Below, one piece after another: positions 12,074 through 20,615 of a stretch of DNA of 64,000 nucleotides. Position 1 is the stretch's first letter, and every line of letters begins with the position of its first letter. The position numbers were made by a program, and so were the translations under genes. The stretch comes from Akkermansia muciniphila (GTDB lineage Bacteria > Verrucomicrobiota > Verrucomicrobiia > Opitutales > Opitutaceae): assembly GCA_945888375.1 (NCBI GenBank), contig CAMCZZ010000007.1, forward strand, positions 689-64,688, in the 5' to 3' direction. The notes beneath the pieces were generated by a model that was not told the DNA's origin, did no database searches, and saw nothing but the letters and a program-made list of their open reading frames with translations.

Positions 12074-13407
12074 GGTGCTTCGGAGCCGAATTCCAATGCC
12101 TCTAAGACTTCAGCCCCGAAAAATTCCATGGGAAGACCCTTATCGAGTGCTCCGTTTGCGTTAATCGAGAGATTGCGAACTACCACCTTGGCGCCGGCCG
12201 CGCCCTCGGGCTGTTCTGTGGTGAAGAACGCGACGCTTACATCCTCGGCCTTGAGTTTTCCCTGAGAGATCAAACGCCGCAGTCGCAGCAGGATGTTCGA
12301 GCTATGGGTCTCGACGATGCTCGGGATGCCGCGTTCCGTCCAAAGATCGGCGAAGAACGACCCAAGAGCCAACTGCGCCGTCGGGTGGATTTGCGCCTCG
12401 GGTTGCTCCACCATGAGCGTTTCGCCCGCCTTCATGAGCGTGCCCTGAACCAAAATCGGCAGTGCTTGGCTAACACCAAAACCGAAATCGGAAAGATATG
12501 AACGGGACTTGGTGTGCTTATTTGTGGCGAGGACTTCGGTCAGCATCTTACGGCCAGAGCGTTTGAAAATCAGCTTGTCGATGTCAGTTACCGCCTCGAT
12601 GTGCTTGGCCAAGAAATCGCGGCGGGCCTTATCTTTGCTCCGGTCGAGTAGTTCGACCATGTGTGGAATTGCGAATTCGCCGCGATGCCCAACCCAGCCT
12701 GGCGGAGGGCTGCCGCTCTGAATCGTATGCTCGGACTCCTCTCGCACCGGGGAAAGGTGACGTAGGCGCAGAATTTCTTTGCGGAGTGGTTCAAGAAACT
12801 GCTCGGCAGTGAAGTTGCGTAGCTGACTCTCGAAACTGCTACCGCCTTGGACGAAATCGAGAAACTTCACCCGCACGAGTTTATCTTCGGTGAGTTCGAA
12901 AATCACCTTGTCGCCCTGTTTGCCCGTAACCGTATGCGTGCCGGTGTTTCGTTTATGTCCGTAACCTACGTTTCCCTTAATAACGAAATCAGTGAGGGGA
13001 TCGACGCCCACTTTGGCTTCGGTCAACGCTGCGGGGAGGTTTATGCGAATTTCCTGCGCGCCCCCAATCGTCTGCACGAAACCTCGTTTATGGCTTTCAG
13101 CCCATAGTTGCTGAATTTGGGTCGGAGGGAGTTCGTCGGTTTGTAGCGAGATTGAGTATCGGAAGTTATTCTTCTTCGTCTGCGAATTTTTTAGCTCTCT
13201 CCACCGGCCCAACATGACGTGGCTGCCCTCGGTAACGAAAAAACGATCCCCCGCCGACTCGATGGTCTGCTGTAGCATGAGCAGGAACTTGAGCAGCGTA
13301 GATTTACCCGCGCTGTTACGCCCAATCAACACCGTGATCGGCGCTAGGCGCACGGTAACAGAATCGTTGTAAGCCCGGAAGTTTTCGAGGGTGATTTCTT
13401 TCAGCAT
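12070..13407 (-). CDS. AAA/ABC-type ATPase of the AAA15/21 + DUF3696 kind
   Basis: Walker A (LIGRNSAGKSTLLK), Walker B (LMVEQPEAQIHP), ETHSSNILLRLRRLI, C-terminal LPMEFFGAE tail typical of DUF3696 proteins. Nested between mod and res. Confidence 0.75.
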   Translation of the reverse strand: MLKEITLENFRAYNDSVTVRLAPITVLIGRNSAGKSTLLKFLLMLQQTIESAGDRFFVTEGSHVMLGRWRELKNSQTKKNNFRYSISLQTDELPPTQIQQLWAESHKRGFVQTIGGAQEIRINLPAALTEAKVGVDPLTDFVIKGNVGYGHKRNTGTHTVTGKQGDKVIFELTEDKLVRVKFLDFVQGGSSFESQLRNFTAEQFLEPLRKEILRLRHLSPVREESEHTIQSGSPPPGWVGHRGEFAIPHMVELLDRSKDKARRDFLAKHIEAVTDIDKLIFKRSGRKMLTEVLATNKHTKSRSYLSDFGFGVSQALPILVQGTLMKAGETLMVEQPEAQIHPTAQLALGSFFADLWTERGIPSIVETHSSNILLRLRRLISQGKLKAEDVSVAFFTTEQPEGAAGAKVVVRNLSINANGALDKGLPMEFFGAEVLEALEFGSEAP

Positions 13408-13417
13408 CGGGCGGGCT

Positions 13418-16405
13418 TTATTCGAGGTTGATGACTTTCAGTGATTCGATGCCTCGGTCGTCGATGACTTTGACCGCGACTCGGCGGTGCTTGCCGGGTT
13501 CGAAGGGCAAGGAGATTGTGCCGCGAAAGGCTTCCAGTTTTTCCTCGTCGAGCTGGGCGCGGAGTTCTTTGGACAAGCGCGACCAGCCTTCTTTTTCGCC
13601 CGCCATCGGGAAAAAGATCTGCTGCGGGAAAACTGCTCGGCCGTCGTAGTCGGGGTCGAGCAGCCACATGGCGATGTTGCCCGCGCCGCCGCTCTCCAGG
13701 TCGCCCGTCTTGGTATTAAAATAGTCGAAGCCGTTGACCTCGACTTCCCACTTGCCCTTGTCGTCGCCGGAACGGATGGGGCGCACCACCACGTCAGGCT
13801 GGCCCATGAGCCAGAAGGATTCGTTGCTGGCGCGGCCTTTTTTGAGGTCTTCGGTCAAGAGGTCGGGGTTCATCTGCGCTTTGAGCAGGGTGACGCCGGG
13901 CCAGTTGGTTTCATCAATGTCCTTGGCGGCCTCGGAATCGAAGGCGAAGGAGGCGAAGACGACGAACTTGGGCTTGGGCACTAGTTTGTTGGCCTCCTCC
14001 AGCGCAAGCGCGACCTGGCGTTGCTCCAACGGGGCGTGTTCGGGGCCGAAGGAGATGGCGGCGGGCTGGCCCTCCACGGTGGAGCCGATGGCGTGGAGGT
14101 AACGCGTGCCGGGCACGGGTTCGAGGTCGGCGAACTGGACTTTCTGGCCGCCCTTGCCGCGGATGCCGGTCTTCACCAATTCGTCGCGCCACTGGTGCTG
14201 GCGCGAGGTGGCGCCGCTGCGGGCGACGGCCGTGGTGGCGTCGGGCGGCTGGTGGGCCTCGTCGAGCGATTGCACGGTGGGGAAGGGCGTGGCCTCGACG
14301 GTGAAGGGGCCGGTGACGCGCACCTTGTTTTTATCTACCTGCGGGCGGTCGTATAGAATCTTGGGATCAGCGTGGGCGGCGATTTTGGCATCCATCTGCG
14401 CCTGCATGGTCTGCCTGGTCTTGTGAAACGCATCAAAGGGTGCACGCGCGGCGGCGGGCCAAGCCTCGGGAAAGGCGAATGGCACGTCCCAATCCTGCAA
14501 CTTGGGCTGCTTGGCGGCGGTCTTAAGCTTTTCGAGCGCGGCGAGGATGGCGGGGTGCAGGCGGGCGTGGATTTCGGCGATCTCGGGATTGTTGGCGATG
14601 GTTTCTAATTTGATGTGCGGAACGGTCTCGTTGATGAAGCCGGAGCGCACGCCCTCGTTGGGGTATTTGAGCGCGTAGTAATCGAAACTCGCGGTCATCA
14701 GCCGTTGCTTGGCCAGCGTGAGCGCGACGCGGGAGGTGTCGCAGGTGATCCAGCGGCGACCCCATTTTTCGGCGACAAAGGCAGTTGTGCCGGAACCGCA
14801 GGTGATGTCCATGACCAGATCGCCTGGATCGGTCACCATCAGTAAACAACGCTGAACGATTTGTTCATTGGTCTGCACGACGTAAACGGGATCACTTGCA
14901 CCGCCTAAGCCGTCCCACCAATTAGTTATAGTCTTAAATGGGAAGTCACTGTGATACCTGACGCCGTCCAGAGCTGAACGTCCCGCAATCAACCGGTTTG
15001 CATACCCTAGACACTCCATCGGCGTTGGTTCGGTGCCCAGCTTTTTACTCCGAAAAGACCAGCATCGGTTTAGCGGTGGAGTAAATGCCTGCCCCCTACA
15101 TTTGACCGCGTCCATTTGATTAGCGCGGATGCCACCATTGGTGATTGGCCACGGACGAAAAATCCGAGCTGTTGGGTAATCGACCTTCAATCGCGCAGGG
15201 CTAAGTCGATAATCAAAGACCTCACCTGAGGGGGTGGTTGCCCGAGTTAAATTGAACCGGTCGCCATTTGGTAATTCGACCATGCTAAATTCGCTTAACG
15301 TTTCGGAGTCCCAAGCTCTCTCTTCGTAGAGATGCTTCATCTTTAACTTTCCACTTTCACGTGGTGAACGCCCATACCAAACGAGGTAGTCGTTTACCGG
15401 GTCGATCATGGTGCTTTTTTGTGAGCCCTTCTTCTTAACGAGAATATCGACGACATGATTCTCCACCCCGAAAATCTCATCCATGAGATTACGGACGAGG
15501 TGAACGTTTTCATCGGAAATCTGGACGAAGACGGAACCGGATTCGCTCAAGAGTTCGCGCGCCAAGAGCAGGCGGTCGCGAAGGTAGGTGAGGTAGGAGT
15601 GGATGCCGAGTTCCCAAGTGTCGCGGAAGGCTTTGATCATCTCCGGTTCCTGGGTGAGGTCGGAGTCGGTGCGGTCTTTGACGTCGCGCTTATTGACGAA
15701 GGGCTGGAAGTTGGAGCCGTATTTGATGCCGTAGGGCGGATCGAAATAAAACATCTGCACCTGCCCGGCCATGCCCTCCTTGCGGAGGAGGGAGTTCATG
15801 ACGAGGAGGGAGTCTCCGGCAACGAGGCGGTTGGCCCAGCCGCGCTCGTGTTTGTAGAAATCGACAGCCTCGCGCAGGGATTCCTGCTTGAAGGCGTGGT
15901 CAAATAAATCGCCCTGCACGGGGCCGGCCTTGGCCTCCTCGGAGCGGAGCGTCTGCACGACGCGGGCGGAGTCGATCTTCTCGTGGACGTGGAGCGAGAC
16001 GGTATCGACCTCGAAGGACGTGCGCTCGGCCTTGCCCGTCCAGGCAAGGAAGGGGGCTTGGAGTTTTTTGAGCTTTTCGGTGGCGCCGACAAGCCGGGCG
16101 CGGGTAGCTCTCATTTCATCCGCCGCCCCGAGGACGGCGAGTTCGCCGAGTCTGGCGCTCTCGGACTGAATATCCGCAATCAGCGTCTCAACCTGCTGGC
16201 GGATGCCCTGCGAATCGAATTTTAGTTCTGGGGCGAGGTGGGGATCGAAGGCCCAAGTGGTCTTGCCCGCCTCGGGATCGGTGTCGGGGGTGACGAGGCC
16301 GACCTCGGGGTTGTTCTTACGTTTGGACGCGTATTCGTAAGCGGCGACTTCCTTGGGTGCAAAATCTGAGGATGTGGGAGCGGGGGATTTCGACTTCTTC
16401 GCCAT
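13418..16405 (-). CDS. mod: Type III-like N6-adenine DNA methyltransferase Mod subunit (beta-class, 995 aa)
   Basis: Motif IV (FYFDPPYGIKYGSNF) precedes motif I (VMDITCGSGTTAFVAEKWGRRWI), with a variable TRD-like block between them. DFYKHERGWANRLVAGDSLLVMNSL is a typical Mod N-terminal region. Confidence 0.85.
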   Translation of the reverse strand: MAKKSKSPAPTSSDFAPKEVAAYEYASKRKNNPEVGLVTPDTDPEAGKTTWAFDPHLAPELKFDSQGIRQQVETLIADIQSESARLGELAVLGAADEMRATRARLVGATEKLKKLQAPFLAWTGKAERTSFEVDTVSLHVHEKIDSARVVQTLRSEEAKAGPVQGDLFDHAFKQESLREAVDFYKHERGWANRLVAGDSLLVMNSLLRKEGMAGQVQMFYFDPPYGIKYGSNFQPFVNKRDVKDRTDSDLTQEPEMIKAFRDTWELGIHSYLTYLRDRLLLARELLSESGSVFVQISDENVHLVRNLMDEIFGVENHVVDILVKKKGSQKSTMIDPVNDYLVWYGRSPRESGKLKMKHLYEERAWDSETLSEFSMVELPNGDRFNLTRATTPSGEVFDYRLSPARLKVDYPTARIFRPWPITNGGIRANQMDAVKCRGQAFTPPLNRCWSFRSKKLGTEPTPMECLGYANRLIAGRSALDGVRYHSDFPFKTITNWWDGLGGASDPVYVVQTNEQIVQRCLLMVTDPGDLVMDITCGSGTTAFVAEKWGRRWITCDTSRVALTLAKQRLMTASFDYYALKYPNEGVRSGFINETVPHIKLETIANNPEIAEIHARLHPAILAALEKLKTAAKQPKLQDWDVPFAFPEAWPAAARAPFDAFHKTRQTMQAQMDAKIAAHADPKILYDRPQVDKNKVRVTGPFTVEATPFPTVQSLDEAHQPPDATTAVARSGATSRQHQWRDELVKTGIRGKGGQKVQFADLEPVPGTRYLHAIGSTVEGQPAAISFGPEHAPLEQRQVALALEEANKLVPKPKFVVFASFAFDSEAAKDIDETNWPGVTLLKAQMNPDLLTEDLKKGRASNESFWLMGQPDVVVRPIRSGDDKGKWEVEVNGFDYFNTKTGDLESGGAGNIAMWLLDPDYDGRAVFPQQIFFPMAGEKEGWSRLSKELRAQLDEEKLEAFRGTISLPFEPGKHRRVAVKVIDDRGIESLKVINLE

Positions 16406-16534
16406 GATTGGCCGGCGAGATTTGGCGTAAGGCGTTTGGACTGCAACTGTTCGTTAACAAGCCCAAGGGATAAATCTTCGGATGCACATGGCTGAATCTT
16501 ACAGATTAATGCTCCTTAGCTTTGATCGATGGAT

Positions 16535-16567
16535 AAAAAAAGCCCCGGCGCGATGAGCGGCCGGGGC
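16535..16567 (-). terminator. Rho-independent terminator downstream of the capsid gene
   Basis: On the minus strand: GCCCCGGC-(10 nt)-GCCGGGGC stem followed by a 7-U run. Located 26 nt after the capsid stop codon. Confidence 0.75.
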
Positions 16568-16592
16568 GGAGTGCCGAGGAATGAAGGGGAAC

Positions 16593-17495
16593 TTAGCTGC
16601 CGGTGACCTTGCGGGCGCAGACGGAGGACGTGACGCGGATGTCTTCCGACCAATCGACCGCGAGGATGTCGGAACGGGCGGAGTCCTCGCGATACATGCG
16701 AACCACGTCCACGCCGCCACGGCGCAGGCGGAAGGTTTTCATGAAGCTGGGATCGTAGAGCGTGGGGCTCTGGCTGGCGTGGAAGATCACCAATTGCTGG
16801 CCGATGATGTTCACGTTGGCCTTGGCCGCGCCGAGCTTGGCGGTGTCCTTGGCGAGGATGCCGACGCGGATGTCGATACTCGGGTTGAGCAGGAGCGAAG
16901 AGAACTGCGACATGGTGACGCCGACGGAGGCCGCGCCGGGGAAACGGGCGATGACCTTGGCGTTGTTGCGGAGCTTGTTCCAAAGCGGCAGGCCAATGAC
17001 GAGGCGGTTGGGCATGCGACCGGTGTCAGTGGCGAGGGCCTCGATCTGCTCGTCGAGCTTCGCAATGGGGTCGTCGCTCGCGAGGGTGATGTTGGCCGAC
17101 GCGGTGAGCGCGGAGACGATGCCGAAGACCTTGGCCTCGTGCGAAGTGATGGCGGACGAGACGAGGGTCTGGGTCTTGGCCTCCTCCAGGCGGAGGGGAT
17201 CGTTCTGCCCGGCCTCGTCGCGCTCGTGGTCGTCGATGGCGATTTCGAGCGCCTGCGGGAGACAGTTGTAAGTCGGATCGCTGGCGGCGAACTCAAGGCG
17301 CTTGGCGGGGCCGCCCACGGCGCGGGAGGTGTCGATGACCTGAAACGTATTCTTGTCGTCGAAGCTCTTGTATTGGCCGGTGGCGGCGGCAACGACGACC
17401 TCCGGCGCGAGGAAGGTGGCGAGCGAAGCGGAGATGTCCTGCGCGAGACCGCGCGCGTAGTTGGTCAGCGTGACGTTGTATTTGGAAGAAGACAT
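16593..17495 (-). CDS. Phage major capsid protein (HK97-fold, lambda gpE / Mu gpT-like size class)
   Basis: 300 aa. Last gene of the head module, directly after a DUF2190-type decoration gene and a protease/scaffold gene. The sequence has the general character of E-type capsid proteins. Confidence 0.7.
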   Translation of the reverse strand: MSSSKYNVTLTNYARGLAQDISASLATFLAPEVVVAAATGQYKSFDDKNTFQVIDTSRAVGGPAKRLEFAASDPTYNCLPQALEIAIDDHERDEAGQNDPLRLEEAKTQTLVSSAITSHEAKVFGIVSALTASANITLASDDPIAKLDEQIEALATDTGRMPNRLVIGLPLWNKLRNNAKVIARFPGAASVGVTMSQFSSLLLNPSIDIRVGILAKDTAKLGAAKANVNIIGQQLVIFHASQSPTLYDPSFMKTFRLRRGGVDVVRMYREDSARSDILAVDWSEDIRVTSSVCARKVTGS

Positions 17496-17541
17496 GGAGG
17501 GAAAGGAGTGACGGCGGTTTGGCTGGGCGTGGTGAAAACGA

Positions 17542-17937
17542 TCACGTGAGCGTTACGGGGCGGAAGAGGACGGCCTCGATGAGTTCATCGACGGCTCCGG
17601 CTTCGATGGACTGGGCGACGATGACGCGGGCACCGCTGCCGGCGTCGGTCTGGGTGCGACCGTCGGCGGTGAGTTGCAGGTCGGTGCCGGGATTGGCGAC
17701 GGCGGCGGCGAGTTTCACGCGGATGACTCCGGCGAGACCGCCCGCGCCGACGGCGACGGTGACGCGTTCACCGGCCTTGCCGTCGGTTTGGAGGACGCCG
17801 AAGGGCTTTTGTGCGGCGGAGCTGACAAGGGCGACCTTGCCGGCGGTGAGAACGACGAAGCGGCCGACGTGGCCGGTGAGGTCGGCGGCGGCCTCGAAGG
17901 GGAGGATGGCGTTGGTGCGAGCGAGAGAAGTCTTCAT
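17542..17937 (-). CDS. Head decoration / capsid cement protein (DUF2190-like)
   Basis: 131 aa Gly/Ala/Val-rich beta protein (GRFVVLTAGKVALVSSAAQKPFGVLQTDGKAGERVTVAVGAG). Lies between the scaffold/protease and capsid genes, as in many Mu-like and lambda-like heads. Confidence 0.6.
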   Translation of the reverse strand: MKTSLARTNAILPFEAAADLTGHVGRFVVLTAGKVALVSSAAQKPFGVLQTDGKAGERVTVAVGAGGLAGVIRVKLAAAVANPGTDLQLTADGRTQTDAGSGARVIVAQSIEAGAVDELIEAVLFRPVTLT

Positions 17938-17975
17938 GGGAAGAGGGCGTTAAAAGTGGGTGATTCGGGGCGGGT

Positions 17976-18965
17976 TCAGCGGAACAGCTCAGGGCTCTCG
18001 GCCTTGGCCTTCGCGTAGATGCTGGGGAAATCCGCGCCGGGGTTGGCGGCGCGCACGGCGGCGAGCTTTTGCTCCTGCCGGGTGATGAGGTGGGACGGGT
18101 CGGCGACGGGATCGCCGCCGGGAGTGAGGCGGGCGAGCACCGGGTTGACCGCGAGGGCGTCGAGCGCCTTCACGGCCTTGGCTTCGTCGCGGATCAGGGC
18201 ATCGACCCAGAAGCCGCGTGCGTCGGTGTCCTTGGCGGGTAGACGGCCGGCGTGGACGGCGGCATCAACCAGCGACTCGGCACGCTGGCGGGCCTGAGTG
18301 GCGAGCGAGGCCTGAAGGTCGGAGACTTGTGACTTGAGGGCGGAGACGGTGCGCGAGACCTGCGAAACGAGGTCGGCCTCTTCGGTGGCGGAAGCCTCGA
18401 CTAGCGAGAGCGAGCGGAGCGTGGAGATGAGAGTTTGCATGAGCGGTTGCTCGTGCACCGTGTCAACGGGGGCAGCGGCGAATAGGGGCGCGATGCGCTT
18501 GAAGGCGGCGCGATTGACGAGGCCGCCCATGTTGATCTCGGAGCCGGTGACGTGGCCGGAGGCGTCGAGATGAAAGGTCGGGGAAAAGCGGCGGAAGGTG
18601 CGACCCTCGACGGCGCGTTTGCCGGCGTCAGACCACTCGATGCGGGCGCGCACGCCGCCGGTCTGTGGATCTTCACCGGCCCAGTAGAACTCGGTGGGCC
18701 ACGCGGAGGCCTCGCGGTCTTCGTGATTGAAATCGAAGAAGGGCCGATCTTCGCGGCCTTCGGCGGCGGCGGTCATTTTCGCCGCAAGGAAGGATTGAAG
18801 AACTGAGGCGGTGGACGCGCTGACGGCGACCTCGACCGACACGGGTTTGCCGCCTTGGGAGGCGCGGATGCGATGCCGACCGGGCGGCATGTATTGGATG
18901 TCGGCCGGGAGCGCGGAGCCCTCGGCGAGGGCGTTGGAGAAAGCGGCGTGGAGCGGCTGGGTCAT
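17976..18965 (-). CDS. Phage head maturation protease / scaffold (Mu gpI-like)
   Basis: 329 aa. The N-terminal half (FFDFNHEDREASAWPTEFYWAGED...RRFSPTF) resembles the Mu-like prophage protease family. The C-terminal half is coiled-coil and Ala-rich, as in nested scaffolds. Position is portal-proximal. Confidence 0.6.
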   Translation of the reverse strand: MTQPLHAAFSNALAEGSALPADIQYMPPGRHRIRASQGGKPVSVEVAVSASTASVLQSFLAAKMTAAAEGREDRPFFDFNHEDREASAWPTEFYWAGEDPQTGGVRARIEWSDAGKRAVEGRTFRRFSPTFHLDASGHVTGSEINMGGLVNRAAFKRIAPLFAAAPVDTVHEQPLMQTLISTLRSLSLVEASATEEADLVSQVSRTVSALKSQVSDLQASLATQARQRAESLVDAAVHAGRLPAKDTDARGFWVDALIRDEAKAVKALDALAVNPVLARLTPGGDPVADPSHLITRQEQKLAAVRAANPGADFPSIYAKAKAESPELFR

Positions 18966-18980
18966 GCCGCTGGCGGGGTG

Positions 18981-20600
18981 TCAATCGGGAGACTGGTAGC
19001 TGGCCTTGGGCACGCGGATCAAAACGCTGCGGCAGTTGTAGTGCGCGGGTGGCGGAGAAAACCAACCGTCACCCCAGCGCCGACCGTGGCGGCCTTGGCA
19101 AAGGGGCGTGGTGCGGTTGTCGAGGGTCGCATCCCAAACGAGGTATTCATCGGCGGCGTTGGCCTCGGCGACCTGCTGTGGGAACGCGGCCTGTGCGGCG
19201 GCTTGGCGGGCGGACAGTTCGGCGGAGCTTTCGGAGGTCGCGTCAATCGGCGTGGCACAGCCGCACGCGCAGGATTTCGCCGTGGCCGGTGCGGTCTCGG
19301 GAGGCACGGCTTTTGCGACGGGTTTGGTAGGGATGAAGAGCGCGACGCCCGCGTCGGGGGTCGGCACTTTATGGCGTTCGTAGAGGTATTGGAGCGAGAC
19401 CGGCAGACCCATTTCTACGAAGAGGGTTTTGTCTCGGGCAGCCATGTCCTGTTCGCGACCGGGGCGCGAAATCTCTACCTCAACAAAGGGGATTTCCTCG
19501 GCGCTGCCCCAGTTGAGCGCGATCAACTGCGGGATGAGTTGGTCGTTAAGGATGGCGACGATGAACTCGGCGTATGTCTCGAACAGATCCAACTCGACCT
19601 CGCGATGAACCTCGCTGGCGGCGCGACTGCCCTGGCCGTTGTGTTCAACTGACAGGTTCTGACCGAGTAGCATGATGTCGCATGCGCGGTCGGCGATGCC
19701 CATGAGGCGTTCGCTCGGATCGTTTGGGCCGGACACACCGGGCGTGGTGCCTTGCAGGATTTGCAGATTGGTGCCCTGCGGAAACGCGCCCCAAGAGGCG
19801 GTGCCCATGTTGCGGAGAGCGGCGGTTATGGCGTCGATTTCGGCCTGAGTGGCGGTCGTCGGGTAGTTGGCCCAGCGCAAGGGCGTGCCGAAAAGTTCGG
19901 CCTTCTGAACGAGCCATTCCCAACCGAGCATGTGACCGAGCCAAAGCGGAGCGAGGGCGCGGAGCTGCGCGGCTTCGCCTAGTGCGCCGGATTTGGACTG
20001 AAAAACACCGGTCAGGAATTTGCCGGGGTGTTTGGCGAAGGGCGTGAGTGTAGAGAACGCGGCGGGGTCGAGGCGGAGTGCGAGGGTGCCGTCGGTGTTG
20101 ATACCGAGGTAACGAGACGGGACGCGACGGAAGCCGACCGGGACGACGAAGCCGGTGGTGTCGGTCGTCCAGTCGATCTCGACGACGGACAGGCCTCGCG
20201 CGACGGCGTCCATGAGTTCGTAAACGGCAGAGCCGAGCGGGGCGCGCGTGGTGTCCACGTAGCCGCGTTGGAGATGGAGCGCGGATTCGACGAAGGCGGC
20301 TTTTTCCTGCGCGGACGCGGAGGGCTTGCCGTTCTTGGGAGTGAAGGGCTGCACGTTGAGCGGCAGCTTGCGGATGGCATTCTTGATCTTCTGAAGGTTG
20401 GCGCGGAGGCGCGGCCAGGTGTCCTCCATAAGGTTGAAAAGATCGCTCTGCGCGGCGAGGTCGCCACGGGCGCCGGCGTCGAGCAACGCGCCGACGGCAT
20501 CGGGCGAAAGGCAGCGTCCGAAAAGCTGTGGCTCGAAGTCGCGAGCGGACGGACGAATGACGGGCGCGGCGAGTTTGGCGGGAGACGGTGAATCACTCAT
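18981..20600 (-). CDS. Portal protein (DUF935 / Mu gp29-like) fused to a Mu gpF / SPP1 gp7-like minor head domain
   Basis: 539 aa. The N-terminal ~430 aa is portal-like (LFNLMEDTWPRLRANLQKIKNAI). The C-terminal tail carries TTPLCQGRHGRRW...HYNCRSV, resembling the MuF-family Cys/His motif. Confidence 0.65.
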   Translation of the reverse strand: MSDSPSPAKLAAPVIRPSARDFEPQLFGRCLSPDAVGALLDAGARGDLAAQSDLFNLMEDTWPRLRANLQKIKNAIRKLPLNVQPFTPKNGKPSASAQEKAAFVESALHLQRGYVDTTRAPLGSAVYELMDAVARGLSVVEIDWTTDTTGFVVPVGFRRVPSRYLGINTDGTLALRLDPAAFSTLTPFAKHPGKFLTGVFQSKSGALGEAAQLRALAPLWLGHMLGWEWLVQKAELFGTPLRWANYPTTATQAEIDAITAALRNMGTASWGAFPQGTNLQILQGTTPGVSGPNDPSERLMGIADRACDIMLLGQNLSVEHNGQGSRAASEVHREVELDLFETYAEFIVAILNDQLIPQLIALNWGSAEEIPFVEVEISRPGREQDMAARDKTLFVEMGLPVSLQYLYERHKVPTPDAGVALFIPTKPVAKAVPPETAPATAKSCACGCATPIDATSESSAELSARQAAAQAAFPQQVAEANAADEYLVWDATLDNRTTPLCQGRHGRRWGDGWFSPPPAHYNCRSVLIRVPKASYQSPD

Positions 20601-20615
20601 GCCGTGGGTTCCGTG

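Noticed and set aside
16581-17549. 322-aa plus-strand ORF overlapping the major capsid gene
   Set aside because: It is antisense to the capsid gene, which fits the head-module context. The translation is Gly/Asp/Val-rich nonsense.
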